A stretch of 64,000 bases of DNA, from sequence record DRR723986_618; one strand, written 5' to 3'. Positions 10,819-20,442 of this stretch are shown piece by piece. Both the position numbers and the translations under genes were made by a program. Positions within the stretch are counted from its first letter, which is position 1, and the number at the start of each line of letters is the position of its first letter. Under the pieces are notes generated by a model, which searched no databases, had not been told where the DNA came from, and saw only the letters and a list, made by a program, of their open reading frames with translations.

Positions 10819-11844
10819 CTAGCGGTAACCCACGCGGTCCATCATTCGGATAGCTTCTGCCTGCAAGCGACCCGCTTCTACAACGGGGACTTGGTCAGCC
10901 TTAAAATCGCCCCAGTGCTGAAGCAGCGATGAAGGAGGCGTGTTGCGATTCACCGGAAATTCCTGATTCAACTCTGCAAACGCATGCTGAGCGTCCGCCT
11001 CGGACAACCATTCCAATAATGACATCGCCAATGCTTTTTGCTTGCTGGCCGCAGTCACGCCAGCGCCGGAGATATTAACGTGCACGCCGCGATTAAACGG
11101 CGCTTCGCCGGTTTGGTTCGCCCAAAACAGGTCCACCGGCAAGGAGGGATCGTCTGCCTTCATGCGCGCCAGGTAGTAGGTATTCACAATACCCACATCG
11201 CACTGACCGGCAGCAATGGCCTCAATCACTTTGTTATCACTGGAGAAGGGCGGCACCGCCAAATTATCGACCCAAGCCCCCAATACCCGCTCGGTGTTCT
11301 CAGCACCATCGGCGCTAATCATCGTGGCAACCAGCGACTGGTTGTACACCTTCTTTGCCGTGCGCAAGCACAGGCGCCCCGCCCACTGCGGCTCTGCAAG
11401 CGCCTCATAACTACTCAACGCCTCAGGCTTTACACGCTCACTCGAGTACACAATGGTGCGCGCGCGAATGGAAAGCCCCGTCCAGCGACCCTCTGGGTCA
11501 CGCAGAGATTCAGGCACATTATTGTTTAGCACCGACGACGTCTGAGCGGCCAACAAGCCCTGCTGCGCGGCTTGCCAGAGATTGCCAACATCAACCGTTA
11601 CCAAAATATCAGCCGGCGTATTCTCTCCCTCGGCACGCAAGCGCGCCAGCAGCGGCCCCGCAGAGTCCGTCACGTAGCGAATATTCACGCCCGTCTCAGC
11701 GGTATATTGGTCGAAAATCGGTTTAATCAGCTGCTCTATGCGCGAGCTGTAAACAACTAACTCAGACCCAGAGGGCTCTTCGCTTCGGCCACAGGCCACC
11801 AAAGAAAGTAACAAGCTAAACACTAGCGCCGAGCGAAATATCAT
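10819..11844 (-). CDS. Fe(III) ABC substrate-binding lipoprotein (FbpA/FutA-like)
   Basis: VVYSSR, tandem Tyr NTYY, GVHVNISG; lipobox LVAC after ATG 11844. Confidence 0.88.
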   Translation of the reverse strand: MIFRSALVFSLLLSLVACGRSEEPSGSELVVYSSRIEQLIKPIFDQYTAETGVNIRYVTDSAGPLLARLRAEGENTPADILVTVDVGNLWQAAQQGLLAAQTSSVLNNNVPESLRDPEGRWTGLSIRARTIVYSSERVKPEALSSYEALAEPQWAGRLCLRTAKKVYNQSLVATMISADGAENTERVLGAWVDNLAVPPFSSDNKVIEAIAAGQCDVGIVNTYYLARMKADDPSLPVDLFWANQTGEAPFNRGVHVNISGAGVTAASKQKALAMSLLEWLSEADAQHAFAELNQEFPVNRNTPPSSLLQHWGDFKADQVPVVEAGRLQAEAIRMMDRVGYR

Positions 11845-11890
11845 AATGGGCAGGTCCTTAACGGTAAGAAGGCAAGAAATCTTCAGCATC

Positions 11891-11909
11891 AATGATAATA
11901 ATTATCATT
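11891..11909. promoter_or_regulatory. Fur box
   Basis: Perfect 9-1-9 palindrome AATGATAAT-A-ATTATCATT ~47 bp upstream of an iron ABC binding protein. Confidence 0.88.
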
Positions 11910-11943
11910 TAATGACTCAAGTTTTACTTCTCGGGGAAATGGG

Positions 11944-13167
11944 TCAGCGACGCGCCAGCCCCATCGCGCGAGCAACAATCTGGCGCTTGATAGGCACTGC
12001 TCGATCTAACCAGCTCATGCCCGCATTTCTCAACAGGCGCAATGGCAGGGCTTGGCTGGCAAACAGATTTTGAAAGCCTTCCATCGCCGCCATCATCGCC
12101 AGGTTTTCACCCTTGCGTCGCCGTTGATAACGCGACAGCAGCAGCTCATCAGAGAGTGGCAGGCCGCGCGCCAAGGCACGCTGACATTCTTCGGCGAGAA
12201 CCTCGGCATCGGCGAAGCCCAAATTAATTCCCTGCCCAGCCAGCGGGTGAATGGTGTGCGCGGCATCGCCAATAAGGGCGATACCCTGCTGAAAATAGCG
12301 CTGAGCGTGGCGCTGGCGCAGCGGGAAACGGACGCGCCGGCTGGCCGCATTGATACGCCCGAGCCTTCCTTCAAAATGCTGGGCCAGCGCCAGGCAAAAG
12401 GCGTCGTCATCCATCGCCATTAGCGTATCGGCCAGCTCGGGCTTTGCCGACCAGACGATTGAACTAAAGTTTTGCGCGCCATCGCGGTCGGGCAGAGGCA
12501 AAAATGCCAGCGGCCCCTCTGGCAGAAAACGCTGCCACGCCGTAGCGCGATGGGGCTTTTCGGTCTCCACGGTACACACAATCGCGTGGTGCTGATAATC
12601 CCACTCGCGGGTTTGAAAACCACCCCAGTCACGCAAACGCGAATTGGCGCCGTCTGCAGCAACAATCAACGGCGCCTGCAATAGCCGCCCGTCATTTAAC
12701 TGCAACTGCCCTTGATCACCACTTCGCACCCAGGCCGCAACAGGACTGTTAAACAGCAGGCGCACGCGGCTGTCTCGCAAACGGTTGTGCAGCGCAGCGG
12801 TTACCAAGCGATTCTCGGCAATATGCCCCAGGGCCAACTCACCGACCTCATCGGCCGAAAAATGAATTTCACCGGTGCCCTCAGCATCCCAAACAACCAT
12901 TTCCTGATAGGGGCACACCCGCCTTTCTACCACCGCAGACCACGCTCCCAGCCGCTGTAGGAAGCGACGCGACGCGTCAGTCAGCGCACTGACTCTGGCG
13001 TCATAGTCCATTACGGTTTCATCAAGCGGCGGCCACCCTTCGCGCTCTGGCTGGGCATCGATCACGACAATATCCAGCGGCTGTTCCGCCATCGCCAGCG
13101 CGAAGGCAGCACCGGCCAGCCCGGCACCGACCACAATAATGTCAAATTTTTCCAGTCGGTCTGTCAC
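11944..13167 (-). CDS. ubiI: Ubiquinone biosynthesis FAD hydroxylase (UbiI/VisC-like)
   Basis: GAGLAG, DARVSAL, AADGANS, GDAAHTIHPLAGQGINLG; follows ubiH. Confidence 0.8.
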   Translation of the reverse strand: MTDRLEKFDIIVVGAGLAGAAFALAMAEQPLDIVVIDAQPEREGWPPLDETVMDYDARVSALTDASRRFLQRLGAWSAVVERRVCPYQEMVVWDAEGTGEIHFSADEVGELALGHIAENRLVTAALHNRLRDSRVRLLFNSPVAAWVRSGDQGQLQLNDGRLLQAPLIVAADGANSRLRDWGGFQTREWDYQHHAIVCTVETEKPHRATAWQRFLPEGPLAFLPLPDRDGAQNFSSIVWSAKPELADTLMAMDDDAFCLALAQHFEGRLGRINAASRRVRFPLRQRHAQRYFQQGIALIGDAAHTIHPLAGQGINLGFADAEVLAEECQRALARGLPLSDELLLSRYQRRRKGENLAMMAAMEGFQNLFASQALPLRLLRNAGMSWLDRAVPIKRQIVARAMGLARR

Positions 13168-14417
13168 AGCGGCAGCTCCATGTCTCGGCCTTTTATCACA
13201 CCCGCAGCGCGCGCGGTAAAGCGCGATTTTATCGGCTTGCTGGCATCGAGCATGACCAGCCCCATATTCCTCGCCAGGCTCAGTACAGGCTGACGGTTAC
13301 TAAATAGTTTGGTTAAGCGGTCCGAGAACAAGGTCGTCACCTGCTGGTCGGTATGCTGACTGCGCAAATAGCCCTGCAAGACCGACAGCTCACCCGCACT
13401 GAGTCCCTGTGCAACCGCTGCGGCAACACGCTGGGCCAGCGCATCGGCGTCGCGCAGGGCGAGGTTAAAGCCCTGCCCTGCCACGGGGTGAAGTGAATGC
13501 GCAGCGTTGCCCATCACCACAATATTTCGCCGTACTTGTTCCTCAGCAAAACTGAGGCGAAGCGGGAAGGCCACGCGCTGCCCCACTTTTAGTAAGCGAC
13601 CCAAACGGTGGCCAAACTGCTGCTGCAAGCGCGCCAGAAAGACCTCATCAGTCCAATTCATCGCCGCGTCGGCGTCATCCTCGGGAAAGGTCCATACCAG
13701 GGCAGAGCGCGACTGACCTTGCTCGTCCGGCAAGAGCGGCAACATCGCGATAGGCCCTTCGGCAGTGAAGCGCTCGTAGGCGGTTCCGCCATGCGGCAGC
13801 TCGGTGGCGATATTGGCGATCACGGCCGTTTGCGCATATTCATCCACACGGCGGTGAATCCCCAGGCGCTGGCACAGTCCCGAATCGGCCCCGTCGGCGA
13901 TGACCAGCAAAGACGCGCTGCAGGATGTTTCCCCGCCCTCAGCTTGTAAATCCAACTGCACTTTGGCGGCCATTGGCGTTACCGCCTCGACACTGGCCGG
14001 GGAGATAAACTGTACATTGGTATGACGCCGCAGATGGTTAAGCAGTACATTGCCCAGCCACGCGTTCTCAATAACATAGCCCAGCGCGGGCCACTCCAGT
14101 TCACCGCAATGCATTAGCGCACTGCCAAAATGGCCGCGATCAGAAACCTGGATATTCAGAATATCGGCAACGTGGTTCTCCAGCGTCGACCAAAGCTCCA
14201 GGTTTTCAAAAATTTGTCGGCTGCCGTATGACAGCGCGGTGGACCTGGCATCGAAACTGGGTCGATAACTCGGCCCCGTGTCGCTAAGCGGAGGCAGAGG
14301 AAAGCTCTCAACCACAGCAATTTTTAACTGGCCCTGGCTGTGTTTGTGCAAGCTCAGGGCAAGGCTGGCGCCAACCATGCCGCCACCGGCAATCAGCACA
14401 TCGTAGTCAACGTCCAT
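13164..14417 (-). CDS. ubiH: 2-octaprenyl-6-methoxyphenol hydroxylase
   Basis: GGGMVGASLA, FDARSTALS, GNAAHSLHPVAGQGFNL; follows pepP. Confidence 0.9.
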   Translation of the reverse strand: MDVDYDVLIAGGGMVGASLALSLHKHSQGQLKIAVVESFPLPPLSDTGPSYRPSFDARSTALSYGSRQIFENLELWSTLENHVADILNIQVSDRGHFGSALMHCGELEWPALGYVIENAWLGNVLLNHLRRHTNVQFISPASVEAVTPMAAKVQLDLQAEGGETSCSASLLVIADGADSGLCQRLGIHRRVDEYAQTAVIANIATELPHGGTAYERFTAEGPIAMLPLLPDEQGQSRSALVWTFPEDDADAAMNWTDEVFLARLQQQFGHRLGRLLKVGQRVAFPLRLSFAEEQVRRNIVVMGNAAHSLHPVAGQGFNLALRDADALAQRVAAAVAQGLSAGELSVLQGYLRSQHTDQQVTTLFSDRLTKLFSNRQPVLSLARNMGLVMLDASKPIKSRFTARAAGVIKGRDMELPL

Positions 14418-15735
14418 CGCCCGCCTCCGCCATCAGGGCTTCGATGTCTTCAACCGACTTAGGCACTGACGCCGTCAGCACCTCACAGCCTGACTTACTC
14501 ACCACCACATCGTCTTCAATACGAATGCCAATCCCGCGCCAACGCGGTTCGACGGCGTCGTTGTCGGGGGCAACATAAATACCCGGTTCGATGGTTAACA
14601 CCATACCTTCTTCGAGCACCCGCCATTCGCCGCCGACCTTGTAATCACCCACATCGTGCACATCCATACCGAGCCAATGCCCGGCTCGGTGCATATAAAA
14701 TGGCTTATAGGCTTCGGTTTCTATCAGCTCAGACAAATCACCCGTTAACAGCCCGAGCCTCAACAGGCCTTCGGTAATCACCTTCACTGTCGCTTCATGT
14801 GGCTGATTCCAATGATTACCCGGCTGCGTGGCTTCTATTGCCGCCAATTGCGCTTCCAGTACCACCTCGTAAAGGGCGCGCTGTTCATCATTGAAGCGGC
14901 CATTGGCCGGAAAAGTACGCGTGATATCCGCGGCGTAACCCTCGAGCTCACAACCCGCATCAATCAGCACCAACTCGCCATCGCGGATCACGCTGTTGTT
15001 TTCCACGTAATGCAAGATACAGCCGTTTTTCCCCGCACCGACAATACTGCTGTAGGCTGGGAAGCGCGCGCCGGCCATTGCAAATTCATGCTGAATTTCG
15101 GCTTCAAGCTGGTATTCATAAACCCCGGAGCGGCAGTAACGCATCGCTCGGCAGTGAGCCTTTGCAGAGATCTCGCCAGCGCGACGCATAATCCGCAATT
15201 CCGCCGCGCTCTTATACAAACGCATATCGTGGAGCAAGTGATCGAGGTCGAGAAACTCGCCTGGAGGCTGGGCGCCGCTGCGCACTTTGGAGCGAATAAC
15301 ATTAACCCAGTTCATAACCTGCTGATCAAACTCTGCGTGCCGCCCCATCGCATAGTAAACACGCTGTCGACCTTCGATTAGCCCGGGCAAAATATCGTCG
15401 ATATCCGCAATGGGAAACGCATCATCGGCGCCATATTCCGTGCAGGCGCCCTCCGGGCCAGCGCGATACCCGTCCCACAATTCCATGGCGGGGTCGCGCT
15501 CGCGGCAAAACAGAATGTATTCACCCTGCGGGCGCCCCGGCAACAACACCAACACCGCCTCGGGCTCGTCGAATCCGCTTAGATAAAAGAAGTCGCTGTC
15601 CTGCCGAAAGGGGTAGTCGGAGTCTCGGCTTCGCGTGCGCAACGACGCCGACGGCACAATGGCAATGCTACCCGGCTCGAGCAGGGCCATTAAATTCTTA
15701 CGGCGACGCGCAAATTCCTGCTTACTGATGCTCAT
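14407..15735 (-). CDS. pepP: Xaa-Pro aminopeptidase
   Basis: FRQDSDFFYLSG, DAGCE, DITRT, HWLGMDVHD, TIEPG, GIRIEDD. Confidence 0.96.
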   Translation of the reverse strand: MSISKQEFARRRKNLMALLEPGSIAIVPSASLRTRSRDSDYPFRQDSDFFYLSGFDEPEAVLVLLPGRPQGEYILFCRERDPAMELWDGYRAGPEGACTEYGADDAFPIADIDDILPGLIEGRQRVYYAMGRHAEFDQQVMNWVNVIRSKVRSGAQPPGEFLDLDHLLHDMRLYKSAAELRIMRRAGEISAKAHCRAMRYCRSGVYEYQLEAEIQHEFAMAGARFPAYSSIVGAGKNGCILHYVENNSVIRDGELVLIDAGCELEGYAADITRTFPANGRFNDEQRALYEVVLEAQLAAIEATQPGNHWNQPHEATVKVITEGLLRLGLLTGDLSELIETEAYKPFYMHRAGHWLGMDVHDVGDYKVGGEWRVLEEGMVLTIEPGIYVAPDNDAVEPRWRGIGIRIEDDVVVSKSGCEVLTASVPKSVEDIEALMAEAGDGR

Positions 15736-15807
15736 AGTGTCCCTGATGTGTATGATCTTGAGGAGCTTATCACAGCTGTTTTTACGGGAAATTGATCTAC
15801 TCGGTTG

Positions 15808-16395
15808 TCAGTGCAATCGCTCACCCTTGGGCTTCTTCGTCGCCGGGGTGGCGGCGTTACACTCAAGAAAAATGGTCATCGCCACGACTCGCACATACTC
15901 GCAGATCTCCACGTAGTCTTGCTCGCCGTCTTCATCGTCGGCCTGATCAGCAGAAATTTGCGCAATGGCCGCCAAGTCGCTCAATGCCTCGCGGCTCTCT
16001 TTAGACAGCGCATCCAAGGCATCACCCTCGCTCTGCCGCTGCTTTCCGGCCATCGCAAAGCCAGTGAGAAAACCCTGCACCCACTGACCGAGGCTGACAA
16101 TGCGCTGCCCCAAATCAAGCTCGTCTCCCGGCAGCATTAACTGCAGTGCCAAGTCCTCACTGCCCAGTGCTTCCAGCGCGCTCTTATAAACGCCGAATAG
16201 GGCATCGGCATCGTCAGGGTTGGGCATCTCGATATCCAGCAGCTCCGTACAGTGCTTTAACCACGCTTGGCGCTCGACTCGCCCACCCACAGACAAAAAG
16301 CCAACGGCATAGCCGTGGAGCTCCGCCGGGGGCTGCAAAGCACCTAAATTAAGGAATAGATTAGCGAGATCATCGTGGTCAAACTCGTTAGACAT
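15808..16395 (-). CDS. UPF0149 family protein (YgfB)
   Basis: PAELHG, WVQGFLTG, EICEYVRV; precedes pepP; start trimmed to ATG 16395. Confidence 0.88.
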   Translation of the reverse strand: MSNEFDHDDLANLFLNLGALQPPAELHGYAVGFLSVGGRVERQAWLKHCTELLDIEMPNPDDADALFGVYKSALEALGSEDLALQLMLPGDELDLGQRIVSLGQWVQGFLTGFAMAGKQRQSEGDALDALSKESREALSDLAAIAQISADQADDEDGEQDYVEICEYVRVVAMTIFLECNAATPATKKPKGERLH

Positions 16396-16558
16396 TGCGC
16401 ATTCCAAGGGCATCAAAGACTGGAGGCGCATGGTAGCGCTGATCCGCCGCAAAATCGAATACCCGCCGCGATTCACACCGCCGCGTATAACCGTTGACCG
16501 AGCGCTGGCACCCACTCTACTATGACGACATCATTCCCGGCCGTGGAACTAGGCAATA

Positions 16559-16768
16559 ATGGACGATCGACAGCTGCAGGTTTTGGAACGAAAAGTCGAT
16601 GAGCTCATCCAACTGTGCGAACAATTGGATGCAGAGAACCGCACTCTCAAATCCGAAACGCAAAACTGGAAGATTGAGCGCGAAGCGCTGATCGAAAAAA
16701 CCGACACGGCCCGGGCAAAAGTCGACGCGATGATCCAGCGCCTGCGCGCATTGGAAAAAGAATGCTGA
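16559..16768 (+). CDS. TIGR02449 family coiled-coil protein (ZapB-like)
   Basis: LERKVDELI...ARAKVDAMIQRLRALE; immediately upstream of zapA. Confidence 0.85.
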   Translation: MDDRQLQVLERKVDELIQLCEQLDAENRTLKSETQNWKIEREALIEKTDTARAKVDAMIQRLRALEKEC

Positions 16769-16799
16769 TGACTCGCCCCAGCCACATGGAGACGACAAG

Positions 16800-17108
16800 G
16801 TGAGTAAAGAAACGGTCATCGTTAAAATTCTCGACAAGGAGTATCAGGTTGCCTGCCCGAGTGACGAGCAAACAGGCTTGCTGGAAGCGGCCCGCTACCT
16901 CGACCAGCAGATGCGCCAAATACGCAACTCCGGAAAAATTATTGGCCTGGAGCGCATCGCCGTGATGGCCGCACTAAACATTGCCTACGAGCTACGCGAA
17001 GCCAGCAAAAGCGGCGTCAGCACGGAGCAAGAGGCCACAGTAAGCAAGCGCATTACCGATAAAATTGACGACACCCTCAACCGCTGCCGCCAACTCGATA
17101 TCGGCTAA
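16800..17108 (+). CDS. zapA: Cell division protein ZapA
   Basis: VKILDKEYQVACP, ERIAVMAALN. Confidence 0.93.
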   Translation: MSKETVIVKILDKEYQVACPSDEQTGLLEAARYLDQQMRQIRNSGKIIGLERIAVMAALNIAYELREASKSGVSTEQEATVSKRITDKIDDTLNRCRQLDIG

Positions 17109-17137
17109 CCACCCTGTTAAGCGCGTGGGCCTATCGG

Positions 17138-17143
17138 TATACT
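17138..17143 (+). promoter_or_regulatory. Putative sigma70 -10 element of the 6S RNA promoter
   Basis: TATACT about 6 nt upstream of the predicted 6S 5' end. Confidence 0.5.
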
Positions 17144-17148
17144 GTGAA

Positions 17149-17322
17149 TTCCTGGGATATGCGCTAGGCCGTCAGACCCCTGAGCCGATGCTTTAAAACC
17201 CGGAGCGAACCAGCCAGTATTTGTGTGCATGTCCGCGTGACGGAAAGCCTAAAAATGCTGCGGTAAGTTCCACCTTGAACCGCTGGGTTCAAGGGCCACG
17301 CGGCCGGCGGTATCCTGGGTCC
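17149..17322 (+). ncRNA. ssrS: 6S RNA (ends approximate)
   Basis: Between zapA and ygfA; CCCTGAGCCGA, CCTTGAACC...GGTTCAAGGG hairpin, complementary termini. Confidence 0.9.
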
Positions 17323-17364
17323 TACCTTTTCAGACAGCGCCTTCAACCACAACCCGCCTTCACT

Positions 17365-17964
17365 ATGGATGCATCGAGCAAAAACCAGCTCCGCCAACGT
17401 CTTCGGCAACAACGGCGCGACCTACCGGCCGCCACTCAATGGCGCGCTGCCAAGCGCCTGCTTCAACAGCTGAGGAAACTACCCGAATTCCGGCGCGCTC
17501 GGCATATTGCTCTGTACAGTGCCAGCGACGGCGAAATCTCCACCAACGAGGTGCTTCGCTACTGCCAGCAACGCGGCAAGGTGTGCTACTTACCGGTTAT
17601 TCACCGAGACACCAAACAGGCGCAAATGCGTTTCCATCGCCACGCCCCGGGGCAAACCCTGCGCAGCAACACCTTTAACATCCCGGAGCCCAATGCCCTG
17701 CGCCGCCGACAGATAGACCCTGCCCGCCTCGATATGATGCTGCTACCACTGGTCGGTTTCGATCGCCGGGGCAATCGCTTGGGCATGGGCGGCGGCTACT
17801 ACGACCGAGCGCTGGCCTTTAAGCAGCGCCGCAATGCGGCAAGCACTCCTCTGCTGATCGGCCTGGCCCACCACCTACAGGAAGTGGAGCGCTTACCGAT
17901 ACAGCACTGGGATATCCCCCTCGACTGGGTCGCCACCGACCGAGAAATTTTTGCCGCGCGTTAA
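17365..17964 (+). CDS. ygfA: 5-formyltetrahydrofolate cyclo-ligase
   Basis: KNQLRQRLRQQR, DGEI, PLVGFD, RLGMGGGYYDR, WDIPLD; follows ssrS. Confidence 0.93.
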   Translation: MDASSKNQLRQRLRQQRRDLPAATQWRAAKRLLQQLRKLPEFRRARHIALYSASDGEISTNEVLRYCQQRGKVCYLPVIHRDTKQAQMRFHRHAPGQTLRSNTFNIPEPNALRRRQIDPARLDMMLLPLVGFDRRGNRLGMGGGYYDRALAFKQRRNAASTPLLIGLAHHLQEVERLPIQHWDIPLDWVATDREIFAAR

Positions 17965-19478
17965 CTGAGAAACTGTTGGTACGCGAGGTTGTCGGTCTCT
18001 TCATGGAAGGGATACGCCAGTTTGTCGAGAAAAGCCTCCACCGCTTTCCGCTCAGACTTATCCGCTTGCAGGCCCACCAATACCCGGCCGTAAGCCGCAC
18101 CGTGATTGCGGTAGTGAAAGAGCGAAATATTCCAGCGATTACCCAAACGCGTCAGGAAATTCATCAAGGCGCCAGGGCGCTCAGGGAATTCAAACCGATA
18201 CAGCAATTCATTGGCGACCGCACTGGGGCGATGACCACCGACCATATGGCGGATATGTAGCTTGGCCATCTCGTTGTCGGTCATGTCTTCGACCCGGTAG
18301 TCCAACTTGCGCAAGGATTCGACGACCTCCGTCCGCCCTTGCCCGCCGGCCGCAACGGCAACGCCAACAAAAATTTGCGCGTCGCGATCGTCGCCATAGC
18401 GGTAGTTGAACTCAGTGATATTGCGCTTACCCAGGGCAGCACAGAATTTTTTGAAGCTCCCGGGCTGCTCGGGAATGGTGACACTCAAGATCGCCTCGCG
18501 CTGTTCACCGATTTCTGTGCGCTCCGAGATATAGCGCAGGCGATCGAAATTGGTGTTCGCGCCACTGTCGATCGCCAACAGCGTCTGGCCTTCACAGCCG
18601 TGCTGTTCAACATATTTCTTGAGACCGGCGAGCGCCAGTGCCCCTGCGGGCTCGGCAATCGAGCGGGTATCGTCAAAGATATCCTTGATTGCTGCGCAAA
18701 TTTCATCGGTATTTGCCGTGACAACCTCATCGACGGTTTTACGCAGTACCCGGAAGGTTTCCTTGCCGATTTGTGCCACAGCAACGCCGTCGGCGAAAAT
18801 CCCGACCTCTTTCAAGCGCACTCGCCGCTGCTTTTCCAGAGCGACTTTAAGGCAGGCGGCATCTTCGGGCTCCACCGCAATAACGCGCACATCCGGGCGC
18901 ACATATTTGATGTAGGCCGCCACCCCAGCAGCGAGACCGCCGCCACCTACCGGCACAAATACCGCGTCGAGCGGCCCGGTAACTTGCCGCAAGATTTCCA
19001 TGCCAACGGTGCCCTGCCCCGCAATAACATCGGGGTCGTCATAGGGGTGGACATACACCATGCCTTTTTCCTGCACGAGCTTTTGGGCATAGGCCGAAGC
19101 CTCATCGTAGGTGTCCCCGTGTAACACCACCTTGCCACCGCGCGAACGCACCGCATCCACTTTGATCTGCGGTGTGGTTTTAGGCATCACAATTGTTGCC
19201 TTCACCCCCAGCTTTAGCGCTGACAGCGCCAAGCCCTGAGCGTGGTTTCCCGCCGACGCGGCCACCACGCCCTGGCGGCGCTCGGCCTCACTGAGGTTGA
19301 CCATTTTGTTATAGGCGCCGCGCAACTTGAACGAAAACACCGGCTGTAAGTCCTCGCGCTTGAGCAGCACGGTGTTATTCAGCCTTTTCGACAGCAGACG
19401 TGCCTCGTCCACAGGCGACTCGATAGCAACATCGTAGACCCGGGCATCGAGAATTTTCTTGATGTAACTCTGTGGCAT
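17961..19478 (-). CDS. ilvA: Threonine ammonia-lyase, biosynthetic
   Basis: KREDLQPVFSFKLRGAYN, ASAGNHAQG, C-terminal FEFPERPGAL / FHYRNHG; start trimmed to ATG 19478. Confidence 0.97.
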   Translation of the reverse strand: MPQSYIKKILDARVYDVAIESPVDEARLLSKRLNNTVLLKREDLQPVFSFKLRGAYNKMVNLSEAERRQGVVAASAGNHAQGLALSALKLGVKATIVMPKTTPQIKVDAVRSRGGKVVLHGDTYDEASAYAQKLVQEKGMVYVHPYDDPDVIAGQGTVGMEILRQVTGPLDAVFVPVGGGGLAAGVAAYIKYVRPDVRVIAVEPEDAACLKVALEKQRRVRLKEVGIFADGVAVAQIGKETFRVLRKTVDEVVTANTDEICAAIKDIFDDTRSIAEPAGALALAGLKKYVEQHGCEGQTLLAIDSGANTNFDRLRYISERTEIGEQREAILSVTIPEQPGSFKKFCAALGKRNITEFNYRYGDDRDAQIFVGVAVAAGGQGRTEVVESLRKLDYRVEDMTDNEMAKLHIRHMVGGHRPSAVANELLYRFEFPERPGALMNFLTRLGNRWNISLFHYRNHGAAYGRVLVGLQADKSERKAVEAFLDKLAYPFHEETDNLAYQQFLS

Positions 19479-19586
19479 GTTGTCGGAGACTCCAATTGCG
19501 GCCTGCTGGCGGGATGATCGTATACCAAACGGCAAGTCTAACGCGTCGCTGCGCGCTCCACCATGCTGCGAGCAATTCAGAAGCAC

Positions 19587-19611
19587 AAAAAAGCCCGCCG
19601 TAGCGGGCTTT
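19587..19611 (-). terminator. Rho-independent terminator closing the kinase-regulator-TonB cassette
   Basis: AAAAAA-GCCCGC-CGTA-GCGGGC-TTT, giving U6 on the - strand. Confidence 0.75.
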
Positions 19612-19628
19612 AATTCACTCGGCTGCTC

Positions 19629-20420
19629 TTATCCGCCGAGGCGCCAACCAAACCGCACCTGCGCCGACGACGCCTGCGGCTCGCCGCCGAGAGTCTCCGG
19701 GGTAAAGCTACACTTCATAATGGCCTCTAGCGCTGCGTTATCCAGTCGTTCTACGCCACTGCTCTGCTGTACCTCTCCACTGACGACCTGTCCCTGCGCA
19801 TCGATGGCAAATGTCATCGTCACCGTGCCTTCCTGCTTCAAGCGGATCGACGCACGGGGATAACGCGGCTTGCGGCAACTACTCCAATCCACGCTTGCCG
19901 GGATGCGCTCGGCATTTGCCTTGGGTTTAGGTTTTGCAGCCACTTTCGGAGCGACGGGTGCCGCGGGCTTAGCCTGAGCGGCCAAGGCCTTTTTGCGGGC
20001 CAATTCAGCCTGCCGGGCGCGCTGCTCAGCTGCCTCTGCCGCTTCCTTGGCTGCCTCTGCCGCCGCTTGCGCCTGAGCGAGCGCCATCGCCTGCTCTTCC
20101 AGCACCGCACTCTGCTCTTGCTGTCGCAAGGCCTGTTCACGCTGGTTGAAGGTTTGCTCTAAACGCTGCTCCCATGCAAGCAGGACATCCTGCTCATCAT
20201 CCGCCAACTCGGCATCTGCCAGCGAGGCAAATACCTGCACCGTTTCAACGGTTGCCGACTCATCGGCTGCGCCATCCCCCAAGCTCATTAACCACGCCGC
20301 CAGTCCTGCCGCTGCGCACACTGCGAACAGCACCACAGCGATAAACATTTCCGCCGACTGCACCAAACTTTTCTTGGGAGCACTGCTGGCTGACACGTCA
20401 CTATTCATCATTGTATTCAT
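19629..20420 (-). CDS. TonB-family protein (TM anchor, Ala/Glu/Gln helical stalk, TonB C-terminal domain)
   Basis: PRYPRAS..EGTV..F.ID..G, SSGVERLDNAAL; single N-terminal TM segment. Confidence 0.85.
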   Translation of the reverse strand: MNTMMNSDVSASSAPKKSLVQSAEMFIAVVLFAVCAAAGLAAWLMSLGDGAADESATVETVQVFASLADAELADDEQDVLLAWEQRLEQTFNQREQALRQQEQSAVLEEQAMALAQAQAAAEAAKEAAEAAEQRARQAELARKKALAAQAKPAAPVAPKVAAKPKPKANAERIPASVDWSSCRKPRYPRASIRLKQEGTVTMTFAIDAQGQVVSGEVQQSSGVERLDNAALEAIMKCSFTPETLGGEPQASSAQVRFGWRLGG

Positions 20421-20442
20421 TATTATCGTTATCTCTGCAGCA

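Noticed and set aside
15750..15802. GATC sites and TTATCACAG between ygfB and pepP as origin-like sequence
   Set aside because: Too short, no true DnaA-box cluster or unwinding element, and no oriC-type gene context
17221..17364. Extended N-terminus of the ygfA ORF
   Set aside because: It overlaps the 6S RNA; the real start is probably ATG 17365
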